DNA of 41,150 nucleotides, from assembly GCA_964398245.1 (NCBI GenBank), contig CAYNMQ010000001.1:1-41150 (forward strand). The letters run 5' to 3'. The DNA is from an uncultured Spirochaetales bacterium. Its GTDB lineage: Bacteria; UBP6; UBA1177; JAKLFG01. Positions within the stretch are counted from its first letter, which is position 1, and each line of letters opens with the position of its first letter. The position numbers and the translations under genes are program-made. This document shows positions 1 through 7,594 of the stretch, in pieces. The notes under the pieces are model-generated. The model searched no databases. It had not been told where the DNA came from and saw nothing but the letters and a program-made list of their open reading frames with translations.

Positions 1-2656
1 GCCGAAGGTCCGAGGCGACGCGCAGGGCGGCGGCAGTGGTCGGCGTCTGGCCTGAGACGACCGGTTTGGCGGGCGATGTGAGGTCGACGGTGATAGTGAA
101 TGATCCGCTTTCTGACCAGTTGCCGGCGAGGTCGCGGGCCTGTACGAAGAGGGTGTGGTTGCCCTCATCAAGCGGCGTGTCGGGCGTGTAGGAGGTGTCG
201 GAGGTCGTCGTCCAGTTGGTTCCGTCGAAACTCCAGCGGTACTTGTCGGCTTCAGCGACCGGTTCCCAAGTCCATGTCGGGGTGGTGTCGTTCGTCGGAG
301 TATTGCCCGTCACGACCGGCGCCTCAGGGGCGATGGTGTCGATCGTGATAGTGAACGATCCGCTTTCCGACCAGTTGCCTGCCGCGTCGCGCGCTTGCAC
401 GAAGAGGGTGTGGTCACCTTCGCCGATCGGTGAATCGGGGGTATAGGCGGTATCGGCAGTCGTCGTCCAATTCGTCTCGTCGAAGCTCCAGCGATACTCG
501 ACCGCGTCTCCGACCGCGTTCCAGGTCCATGTCGGGGTGGTGTCAGTGGTCGGGGTATCACCCGAAACGACCGGTGCTACCGGGGCAGTGGCATCGACCG
601 CCCAGTGGAAAGCGATGACGGTGCTTTCGTTGCCGAAGGCGTCGTGCGCCTGCGCCTCAAGAGTGTGGTCGCCGTCGCCAAGATTGGTGAATGCGAAGAC
701 GGTGTCGTTCGTGTAGTCAGACCAGCCGCCGTCGTCGAGGTTGACGCGGAAGGAGCAATTACTTTCGCTGCAGGCGAGCGTGAAGGAGGCGTTACGGCTG
801 TTGACGAGACCGCCTTCCACGGTCGGTGTCTGGGAGAAGGAAACGATCGGTGCTACCGAGTCCACATCCACCGTGATCTGAGAGGAGTGTTCTTCTCCGG
901 CATTGGTCACCGATGCAAAAAGGGACACCTCTCCCTCAGGCAGCGTCACGAGGTCGAAGGTGGCGAGGCCGCCGGCCTCGATCGGGGTGGTCATCGTCTC
1001 GCCGTCGTTCACGGTAAGGGAGACCTCGGTCGTATCGGAGGCGAGGTTGTTCGTCCGGACGATGACGGCGCACTGGAGCCCCGCCGCTTCCCCGTCGGTG
1101 TCGTCGGCGTTGGAAAGCTGCATATGCATCGTCGGAACGCGGCCGCAGATCGTCTGGAAGGCGATCGTCGGCTCGTTCACATACACCGTTATCGGTATCG
1201 TGACGCTCGTCTCATTGCCGACGGCGTCGCGCGCCGTGATGGTGAGTTCCGCCGCCTCGTCGGTCTGGAGGAAGGTGATGTCCTCGATGGTGAATTCGCC
1301 AAGACCGGAGAATTCGCCGCGGAGGAGATCGTCATAGTACACGCCGACATCTATCGTGTCGGAAAGAGCGTCGCCGGTGGTGCCGGCCACTTCGATCTGA
1401 AGCCCATCGAGCGTCTCGTTGGTGTCGTCGGTCGGGAAGAATACCGCGTTCGCAAGCGGGGAGGTCACCTCGATCGTCGGCGGGGTGAGGTCGACGAAAA
1501 GACCGGTGACCGTCGCCTGACCGGTCGCCGAGGTGTCGTCGTCCTTCATCACGACGATGAGGGTGTGCGTATCCTCCTTGTCGGCGCTCTCGGGCAGGGT
1601 GATCTGCCGTTCGAGCGTCGCGCCACCGAGCGAGGTAGTGATGGTGGGGGTGTCGGTCCCCGGCGTGCGATCCACATAGATCTCGACCGTCGAACCGGTT
1701 GAGCAAGTGGCGATGTCGCCTATCACGAGCGTCTTCTGGAGACCGCTCACGGAGTCCTCGTCGTCGGCGATCCCGAAGCGCTGGTTGTTCTTGAGGTTGA
1801 GCGTGAAGGTGCACTGGTTCGCCGTCACGGCGTCGAAGGTGAGCGTGTCCTCGAACGCGCCGGCCTTCACCCGCATGACGATGTCCGTGCGGATCGGCAC
1901 CGTCACCGACGGGAACGAGGCGATGTCGCTCTGGATCGTCGCTTCGCCCACGAGCGCCGGCGTTTCGGTGTCTATGTAGAGCTGGACCAGCGTTCCGTCG
2001 GGATGGCCGGTCGTCACCGCCTCCATCTTCACCTGGAAGCCGCCGGTGTCCTTGTCGAGGTCGTCGTTGTCGTCGAGTGAGGCCCCTACTAGCACCATCC
2101 GGGTCGTGCCGCCTTTGTAGTAGCGGATCACGAGGCTCTGGGCCAACGCGGAATCGACCGTCACGGATACGGTGGTGGGGAATTGAGGATGGTCGGCGAG
2201 GTATGCGGTGAGAGTGTAACTGCCTTCTTCAGGGAAAGGGACGCCGAGGAACTGCGCGCGGCCGCTCACGAGAATGCCGGTATAGGAAATGCTCTTCGCG
2301 GTGCTCCGGGGGGTCAGAGTATCGTCGTCGGTCGCCTCTCCGGCAGGGTAGGTCACCGTAAGGGTAAGGGGCGCGCCATCACGCAGAGTGCCACTCGTCG
2401 CGGTCGCCGTCACCACGACGGGGAGTTGGATCGTCGCGTCGCTTTTGTCGGCATCGTCGGCGACGGTGAATCGCTGTCCCTCGGTGATATCGGGGAAGGA
2501 AAGGGTTACCTCCAACTTATGGCACTGATCGTCCTCTCCGCAGGTATAGCCTGCCGCGCAATCGGTGTCGGCGGTGCATTTGTCTTTTGTCGCGCAGGAT
2601 GCGACAAGAAGAGCCATAACGGCAAGCAGCGCCGCAAGCGAAATCGCTCGTTTCAT
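1..2656 (-). CDS. Large surface lipoprotein with tandem Ig-like repeats (adhesin-like). The N-terminus is complete; the C-terminus lies beyond the left window edge.
   Basis: This ORF is absent from the supplied track because no stop codon falls inside the window. Hand translation of the minus strand from the ATG (cat at 2654-2656) stays open to position 1, about 885 codons. The other two minus frames hold the listed junk ORFs 310..561 and 1332..1814. The N-terminus MKRAISLAALLAVMALLVASC is a signal peptide plus lipobox, followed by a Cys-rich stretch CATKDKCTADTDCAAGYTCGEDDQC. The distal part has ~85-aa modules with PTWTW..YRWSFD..GxHTLFVQARDxAGNWSESGSFTI, the pattern of bacterial Ig-like surface repeats. 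Confidence 0.8.
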   Translation of the reverse strand, partial: MKRAISLAALLAVMALLVASCATKDKCTADTDCAAGYTCGEDDQCHKLEVTLSFPDITEGQRFTVADDADKSDATIQLPVVVTATATSGTLRDGAPLTLTVTYPAGEATDDDTLTPRSTAKSISYTGILVSGRAQFLGVPFPEEGSYTLTAYLADHPQFPTTVSVTVDSALAQSLVIRYYKGGTTRMVLVGASLDDNDDLDKDTGGFQVKMEAVTTGHPDGTLVQLYIDTETPALVGEATIQSDIASFPSVTVPIRTDIVMRVKAGAFEDTLTFDAVTANQCTFTLNLKNNQRFGIADDEDSVSGLQKTLVIGDIATCSTGSTVEIYVDRTPGTDTPTITTSLGGATLERQITLPESADKEDTHTLIVVMKDDDTSATGQATVTGLFVDLTPPTIEVTSPLANAVFFPTDDTNETLDGLQIEVAGTTGDALSDTIDVGVYYDDLLRGEFSGLGEFTIEDITFLQTDEAAELTITARDAVGNETSVTIPITVYVNEPTIAFQTICGRVPTMHMQLSNADDTDGEAAGLQCAVIVRTNNLASDTTEVSLTVNDGETMTTPIEAGGLATFDLVTLPEGEVSLFASVTNAGEEHSSQITVDVDSVAPIVSFSQTPTVEGGLVNSRNASFTLACSESNCSFRVNLDDGGWSDYTNDTVFAFTNLGDGDHTLEAQAHDAFGNESTVIAFHWAVDATAPVAPVVSGDTPTTDTTPTWTWNAVGDAVEYRWSFDETNWTTTADTAYTPDSPIGEGDHTLFVQARDAAGNWSESGSFTITIDTIAPEAPVVTGNTPTNDTTPTWTWEPVAEADKYRWSFDGTNWTTTSDTSYTPDTPLDEGNHTLFVQARDLAGNWSESGSFTITVDLTSPAKPVVSGQTPTTAAALRVASDLR
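90..599 (-). repeat. Two tandem 255-bp (85-codon) coding repeats inside the lipoprotein gene. A more degenerate third copy follows at about 600-850.
   Basis: The string gtgatagtgaa(t/c)gatccgctttc starts at 90 and again at 345. The two units align colinearly and are roughly three quarters identical by eye. Both encode AP.APVV.G.TPT.DTTPTWTW...YRWSFD.TNWTTT.DT.YTPD.P..EG.HTLFVQARD.AGNWSESGSFTIT. Confidence 0.85.
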
Positions 2657-2707
2657 ACGAAGTCCCCCTCGGCTGTTTTTCAACGAAAACAAGATATCAT
2701 ACTAGCC

Positions 2708-3007
2708 CTAAGGCTTCGGACTGTCAACAATTTGTTCGAGCACCTGCCGCTCGACGAGCGAACGGATGATCTCGCAGGTATCGGCCTCGATGGTCGCGCG
2801 CTCGACCCCCTCTCCCTTGAACTGTTCGTACAACGCCGCGGTTATCTCGGCGACGGTGCGGTTCCCGTCGAGAAGGTCCCAGATCATGCCGGCGGTCTGG
2901 TTTATCGAAACGATCTTCTCGGCGAGCGGCGAGACGATGGTGACGGTGCCGTCCTTCATCTTGCGCCACGCGATCTCGTCGCGTATGCGGAACCGTTGAT
3001 CGAGCAT
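2708..3007 (-). CDS. PqqD-family protein (RiPP-recognition-element / peptide chaperone fold), 99 aa
   Basis: Only the C-terminal 99 aa of track ORF 2708..4369 look real: MLDQRFRIRDEIAWRKMKDGTVTIVSPLAEKIVSINQTAGMIWDLLDGNRTVAEITAALYEQFKGEGVERATIEADTCEIIRSLVERQVLE. This is the typical PqqD pattern (L.N.T...IW.LLDG..T..EI...L...F......E...D...F...L....L). The ATG is at 3007, placed by offset 454 codons from the track start. The upstream part of the track ORF is antisense to the HD gene. Confidence 0.75.
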   Translation of the reverse strand: MLDQRFRIRDEIAWRKMKDGTVTIVSPLAEKIVSINQTAGMIWDLLDGNRTVAEITAALYEQFKGEGVERATIEADTCEIIRSLVERQVLEQIVDSPKP

Positions 3008-3062
3008 ACCTTTCTCCTTACTGGTGAAAAGATGAACGCATTGTAGCGGGGAAGGAAGGTTT

Positions 3063-3090
3063 TTGCAACTGTTCTTTTCTTCGCTATACT
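3063..3090 (+). promoter_or_regulatory. Sigma70-like promoter for the HD gene (TTGCAA-16 nt-TATACT)
   Basis: ttgcaa lies at 3063-3068 and tatact at 3085-3090. A GGAGGTG Shine-Dalgarno sequence at 3105-3111 precedes the ATG at 3116. Confidence 0.45.
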
Positions 3091-3115
3091 GGCGGAAAGG
3101 CGATGGAGGTGCCCC

Positions 3116-4312
3116 ATGATAACGAAAGGGCTGTTGCTCAAACTGTACGATGCCGCTTCGATGCAGCGCTGGAACGACCGCCTGCGGCCGGTGGCGCTCG
3201 TGGAACTCGACAAGCAGGCTCACAAGTTCATCACGGCGGTCCACTTCGCCAAGTTCGAGCAGGTACGACGCTCGGTGGACATGCTCGCCCTCGTCGAGGG
3301 GGCTTTCTTCGAGATGCTCCAGCGGACGGTGCTCACCGACATCAAGCCGCCGGTCTTCCATCGCATCCGTGAGGATCGCGACCGCTACCGGCGGCTCAAC
3401 GAGTGGATATACGGTCAGTTGGAGAAGTATCTGGTGCCGCTCGGCGACGACATGGCCGCGCGGTTCAAAGCCTACTTCAGCGATCCGGAGGAAACGGTCG
3501 AGCGGCGTATCCTCGCGGCGGCGCACCTCTTCGCGACGCGGTGGGAGTTCGGCCTCATCGAGCGGCTCGACATCGGCTACTTCGATGTCGAGGACATCCG
3601 CCGGTCGCTCGACGAGCGGCTCGCCGCCTACGGTGACCTTGCCGGCATGGCGGAGATAGCGAAGCACGGCGGCAACAACCATGACCGTCACTTCCTCGAC
3701 CTTTGCGGGCAGTTGCGCTTCCAGTACCGCTGGTCGAACCTCCACATGATGCCGCGCGTTTCGGTGCTCGGGCACATGCTGCTCGTCGCGCTCGTCTCCT
3801 ATCTCCACTCGCGGGAAATGAATGCCTGCCCGAAACGGATCCTCAACAACTTCCTCACCGGTCTTTACCACGATCTTCCCGAGGTGCTCACCCGCGACAT
3901 CATCTCGCCGGTGAAGCGCTCGGTCGAGGGGCTCGCCGACCTCATCAAGGAGTACGAAAAGGAACAGATGGAGCGCGAGGTCTATAGTCTCCTGCCCGAC
4001 GCGTGGCGCGATGAGTTCCGCCGCTGGACCGAAGACGAGTTCTCCGACACGGTGTTCGTTGATGGGAAGTTCGTTGCGACGACGCCCGAAGAGATCTCGG
4101 CAAAGTACAATGACGACCGGTTCGATCCGCGCGACGGGACGCTCGTCAAGGCGGCCGACGAACTGTGCGCCTTCATCGAGGCCTCGACCGCGATAAAGAA
4201 CGGCAGTCACGCCGACGACTTCTACAAGGTGAAGGTCCTCCTGCGCGAAAAGTACGGAACCCGCACCATCGCCGGTATCAACTTCGGCCGCATCTACGCC
4301 GATTTCGAGTAG
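3116..4312 (+). CDS. HD-domain phosphohydrolase, YfbR-like 5'-nucleotidase fold, tandem-domain form (398 aa)
   Basis: The C-terminal half carries YRWSNLHMMPRVSVLGHMLLVA, LYHDLPEVLTRDIISPVK and KAADELCAFIE. These match the YfbR motifs (RW..., ..SEHS.., YHD.SEVLTGD.PTPVK, KQAD.LCA). The N-terminal half repeats the pattern in degenerate form. The gene has a good SD and a GC3-rich coding frame. Confidence 0.8.
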   Translation: MITKGLLLKLYDAASMQRWNDRLRPVALVELDKQAHKFITAVHFAKFEQVRRSVDMLALVEGAFFEMLQRTVLTDIKPPVFHRIREDRDRYRRLNEWIYGQLEKYLVPLGDDMAARFKAYFSDPEETVERRILAAAHLFATRWEFGLIERLDIGYFDVEDIRRSLDERLAAYGDLAGMAEIAKHGGNNHDRHFLDLCGQLRFQYRWSNLHMMPRVSVLGHMLLVALVSYLHSREMNACPKRILNNFLTGLYHDLPEVLTRDIISPVKRSVEGLADLIKEYEKEQMEREVYSLLPDAWRDEFRRWTEDEFSDTVFVDGKFVATTPEEISAKYNDDRFDPRDGTLVKAADELCAFIEASTAIKNGSHADDFYKVKVLLREKYGTRTIAGINFGRIYADFE

Positions 4313-4396
4313 GCTTCCCTCTCCTTGACAACGCCCTTTCTTCGGGCTACCGTCCTTCTGAGGAGTCATTATCGTTCACTCAAGGGAGATCATACC

Positions 4397-5431
4397 ATGA
4401 CGGCGATCGAGAAGATTTCTCTCGACTGGTCGAAACTCGGTTTCGGCTACCAGAAGATCGACAAGCGGTTCATCGCCCATGGGAAAGCGGGCGCTGGGGA
4501 GGCGGGAACGCTCACCGAGGACAACTTCCTGCACATCCTTGAAGGAGCCTGTTCACTCCACTTCGGCCAACAGTGCTTCGAGGGGCTCAAGGCATTCACG
4601 ACGAAAGACGGACGGGTGGTGCTCTTCCGTCCCGACGAGAACGCCAAGCGGATGCGGCGTTCGGCCGAGGCGCTCCTCATGGCGCCGGTTCCCGAGGAGA
4701 TGTTCATCCGCGCCTGTGAGGAGGTGGTGCGCGCCAATCTCCGCTGGGTGCCGCCCTACGGCTACGGCGCCTCGTTCTACCTGCGTCCGTTCCTTATCGG
4801 GGTCGGCGAGAACCTCGGCGTGAAGCCGGCGCCCGAGTATCTCTTCGTGGTCTTCGGCTCGCCGGTCGGTCCCTACTTCAAGGGCGGTCTCCAGCCGGTT
4901 AGGTTCATCACCTCCGACTACGACCGCGCGGCGCCCAACGGCACCGGTTCGGTCAAGGTCGGCGGCAACTATGCGGCCTCGCTTCGCGCCCACGAGATGG
5001 CGGTGAAAGCAGGCTTCGCCGACTGCATCTACCTCGATCCGGCGACCCACACGAACATCGAGGAGGTCGGCGCGGCGAACTTCTTCGGCATCACCAAGGA
5101 CAACCGCTTCGTCACGCCGAAGTCGAACTCCATACTTCCCTCCATCACCAAGAACTCGCTCATGTACCTCGCCGAGCACTATCTCAACATGAAGGTCGAG
5201 GAGCGCCCGATACCGGTCGACAGCCTCGGCGAGTTCGTCGAGGCGGGCGCCTGCGGCACCGCCGCGGTCATCACCCCGATCGGCGAGATCGTGCACAAAG
5301 GGAAGTCCTACACCTTCTACGCCGGCGGCAAAGAGGTCGGCCCCGTCTCGCGCAAACTCTACGACCTCCTCACCGGCATCCAGACCGGCGCCGTCGAGGG
5401 GCCGAAAGGGTGGGTGCACGAGGTGAAGTGA
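4397..5431 (+). CDS. ilvE: Branched-chain amino acid aminotransferase (344 aa)
   Basis: The whole length reads as class IV aminotransferase: FEGLKAF...[73 protein letters not shown] chose the ATG at 4397 (MTAIEK) because AAGGGAGA lies 7 nt upstream. The track start at 4325 lacks an SD. Confidence 0.93.
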   Translation: MTAIEKISLDWSKLGFGYQKIDKRFIAHGKAGAGEAGTLTEDNFLHILEGACSLHFGQQCFEGLKAFTTKDGRVVLFRPDENAKRMRRSAEALLMAPVPEEMFIRACEEVVRANLRWVPPYGYGASFYLRPFLIGVGENLGVKPAPEYLFVVFGSPVGPYFKGGLQPVRFITSDYDRAAPNGTGSVKVGGNYAASLRAHEMAVKAGFADCIYLDPATHTNIEEVGAANFFGITKDNRFVTPKSNSILPSITKNSLMYLAEHYLNMKVEERPIPVDSLGEFVEAGACGTAAVITPIGEIVHKGKSYTFYAGGKEVGPVSRKLYDLLTGIQTGAVEGPKGWVHEVK

Positions 5432-5453
5432 GGCCTTTTGCGTCCACTGCCGC

Positions 5454-5482
5454 TTGACAGGCAGAGGGGGCGGCAATATAGT
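5454..5482 (+). promoter_or_regulatory. Near-consensus sigma70 promoter (TTGACA-17 nt-TATAGT) ending 6 nt before the ATG at 5489, which predicts a leaderless mRNA
   Basis: ttgaca lies at 5454-5459, followed by a 17-nt spacer and tatagt at 5477-5482. The six bases gtcctc follow, then the ATG at 5489. There is no SD. Confidence 0.5.
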
Positions 5483-5488
5483 GTCCTC

Positions 5489-5677
5489 ATGCTCAGGAAA
5501 GTGGTCCGCAGATACAAACTCGGTACGGTTGACGAACAGAAGAACGATCTTCTGTACTGGCTTTCCAGATCTCCCGAAGAGAGAGTAGCCGCCGTTGATC
5601 TCCTGCGAGCGCAATATGCCGACATTACAAAAGGAATTCAAAGAACTGTTCGCATCGTTAAACGCCCGACGCGTTGA
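5489..5677 (+). CDS. Small conserved-looking hypothetical protein (62 aa), first gene of a two-gene module
   Basis: The sequence is MLRKVVRRYKLGTVDEQKNDLLYWLSRSPEERVAAVDLLRAQYADITKGIQRTVRIVKRPTR. The pattern ..D..YW.S.SPEER......LR..Y...GIQRV.RIVKR recalls a widespread family of small proteins found next to small nucleotidyltransferases. This is the only Met in the frame. The 3' end overlaps the next gene by 62 nt. Confidence 0.55.
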   Translation: MLRKVVRRYKLGTVDEQKNDLLYWLSRSPEERVAAVDLLRAQYADITKGIQRTVRIVKRPTR

Positions 5678-6089
5678 GTACCTCGTCGTCGGCGCCTATG
5701 CGATGGCGTTTCACGGGATACCGCGGTTCACCGGCGATCTCGATGTGTTCGTGCGTCCTACCCCGCAGAATGCCAAACGGCTCCTTGCGGCACTCGAGGA
5801 TTTTGGTTTCGGTTCTCTCGGACTGACGGCAGACGATTTTTCTCAGCCGGATCGGGTAGTGCAACTGGGTGTGGCGCCGATTCGCATAGACCTTCTTACC
5901 TCGTTGAGCGGAGTCTCATGGGAAGAGGCCGTTTCGCACAAGCGTCGGGTGCTCTACGGCGGGATATCGGTTCCGGTTATCGGTATCCAAGAGATGATTG
6001 CGAACAAACGCGCGGTGGGACGCACCAAGGACCTCGCCGACATAGAACTACTCGAAGTAGCCGCGAAGAAACGGTGCGGGAAGAAGTAA
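5616..6089 (+). CDS. Small nucleotidyltransferase-fold protein (beta-polymerase superfamily-like, 157 aa)
   Basis: The N-terminus MPTLQKEFKELFASLNARRVEYLVVGAYAMAFHGIPRFTGDLDVFV shows a G-x-Y-A...T-x-D-L-D-x-F motif typical of minimal nucleotidyltransferases of the DUF6036 / AbiEii-like kind. I chose the ATG at 5616; the track start at 5595 is a TTG. Confidence 0.6.
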   Translation: MPTLQKEFKELFASLNARRVEYLVVGAYAMAFHGIPRFTGDLDVFVRPTPQNAKRLLAALEDFGFGSLGLTADDFSQPDRVVQLGVAPIRIDLLTSLSGVSWEEAVSHKRRVLYGGISVPVIGIQEMIANKRAVGRTKDLADIELLEVAAKKRCGKK

Positions 6090-6091
6090 TC

Positions 6092-7567
6092 TTATTTCTC
6101 GCTGAACAGTTCGACCTGAAAGACCGATAGTTCCGAGGACTTGTCCTTGTAGCAGGTCCACGGAAGACCCGCCTTCTGGGAGCAGAGTTCGCCAAGGAAG
6201 GTGTCGAGGTCCCAGCCGGTTTCTTCGGCGACCTGCGGCAGAAAAACGCCGCCACGGTTCCCATTCCGGACGATGACGCCGTCGCGCTTGAGAACTATCT
6301 TGCGGTAGTCGTCTATCCTCTGCGGCGGGGTGAGGATGGATATCTCGATGGTGATGTCCTTCATCTCCTCCTTGCGCACCGGCCGGAAACGCGGGTCGTA
6401 GAAGGCGGCAGCGTGAGCGCGATCGGCAACCGCCTGATAGAGCGGCATGACCGCCTCGAGGTGGCCGATGCACCCGCGCAGGTCGCCGTTCTTCTTGAGC
6501 GTGACGAACACGGCGCGCGGCGCGGTGAGTATCCCGTCGGCCGGTTTTGGCGGCTCATACTGTTTGCCGGTCGCGAGGGTGTATTCGATGCTCTTGCGGG
6601 CAAGTTCGAGCAGATACTTCCGCTCCGCCTCGTTCGTTTGCGGCTTGGCGGCCGACGATTCCTTCGCCGGCGTTCCCGCCTTTTTTTCGAAGATGATGGC
6701 GCCGTAGCCGACCACCCCGCCGGGGCGCGACTCCTGCACCACATCGCCCGAGTTCTCCGCCTTGACGAGGGTGCCTTTCCTCACCCCGTAGTGTGCGAGC
6801 ATCCGGCTCGCGATGTGCACGGCGTAGAAGCCGCACGCCTCGCAGACGCCGGAGAATATCTTTTTGCGCAGTTCGTCCCAGCGGCATTCGCTCATGAGCC
6901 GGAGCGTTTCGCCGTCCATCTTCCGCGCCGTCTCGTAGTCGTGATAGTGCGACAGATCGGTGCTCACGACGATAAGCACTTTCTTTTTGGCCGCCTCGAT
7001 CGCCGCGATGAGTTCCTTCGCGAAAAGGTCGAGCGTGGCGAGATCGTTTGTCGCGGTGAGCACTGGCACGAGCGAGAAGTTCCTGAGTTTTTTCTGCAAA
7101 AACGGCAGTTCCGCTTCGATACTGTGTTCCGGCGCATGGATCTCAGCCGACTGGATGAAACGCTTGTCGGCCTTGGTGAGCCGGTCGGTCATCGCGCGGT
7201 CGATCGGGATGAGACCGAGCGGCGTCTTGAACTGGTCGGCGGGCGAGAGCGCCACGACACCCGACTGGAACGAATGGCTCGTGCCGATGACGACGACCGT
7301 GTCGAACTGGTTCGGCTTGAGACCAGCGAAGGCGTGCGCCGCGGTGCGCCCCGAGTAGGCGTAGCCGGCGTGCGGCGCGATGATGACGAACGGCTCGAGC
7401 GTATGGACCGGGTTATCCTTCGGCACCTGTGCGAAGAGCCGCTCCACTTCGGCGTCGAGCGCCTTCGGATCGGCTGGATACCACTGCCCGGCGCGCGCCG
7501 GTTCGCGGGTGGCGGCGACAAGGAGACCGACGGAAAGAAACGCGATCACGACCAGAAACGACCGCAT
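6092..7567 (-). CDS. Memo-like (AmmeMemoRadiSam protein B type) plus AMMECR1 (protein A type) fusion with an N-terminal signal peptide (491 aa)
   Basis: The N-terminus is MRSFLVVIAFLSVGLLVAATREPARA, followed by GQWYPADPKAL and IIAPHAGYAYSG (Memo signature), and later VSTDLSHYH. The C-terminal domain carries PRAVFVTLKKNGDLRGCIGH...FYDPRF.PV...ISILTPP...GGVFLPQVA (AMMECR1 signature). Confidence 0.85.
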   Translation of the reverse strand: MRSFLVVIAFLSVGLLVAATREPARAGQWYPADPKALDAEVERLFAQVPKDNPVHTLEPFVIIAPHAGYAYSGRTAAHAFAGLKPNQFDTVVVIGTSHSFQSGVVALSPADQFKTPLGLIPIDRAMTDRLTKADKRFIQSAEIHAPEHSIEAELPFLQKKLRNFSLVPVLTATNDLATLDLFAKELIAAIEAAKKKVLIVVSTDLSHYHDYETARKMDGETLRLMSECRWDELRKKIFSGVCEACGFYAVHIASRMLAHYGVRKGTLVKAENSGDVVQESRPGGVVGYGAIIFEKKAGTPAKESSAAKPQTNEAERKYLLELARKSIEYTLATGKQYEPPKPADGILTAPRAVFVTLKKNGDLRGCIGHLEAVMPLYQAVADRAHAAAFYDPRFRPVRKEEMKDITIEISILTPPQRIDDYRKIVLKRDGVIVRNGNRGGVFLPQVAEETGWDLDTFLGELCSQKAGLPWTCYKDKSSELSVFQVELFSEK

Positions 7568-7594
7568 GGATCACCCCCGTGAAGAACGGTGCTT

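Noticed and set aside
100-2200. Plus-strand ORFs 100..348, 155..433, 605..1702, 903..1337 and 1707..1979
   Set aside because: They are antisense or out of frame relative to the open minus-strand lipoprotein frame, which shows a signal peptide and repeated Ig-like modules. These ORFs are Arg/Gly/Val-rich junk.
2708-4369. 553-aa minus-strand ORF in the track
   Set aside because: Only the last 99 aa (the PqqD-like protein, 2708-3007) are credible. The remainder is antisense to the well-supported HD gene and has the Arg/Glu/Asp/His/Val-rich composition typical of antisense frames in high-GC DNA.
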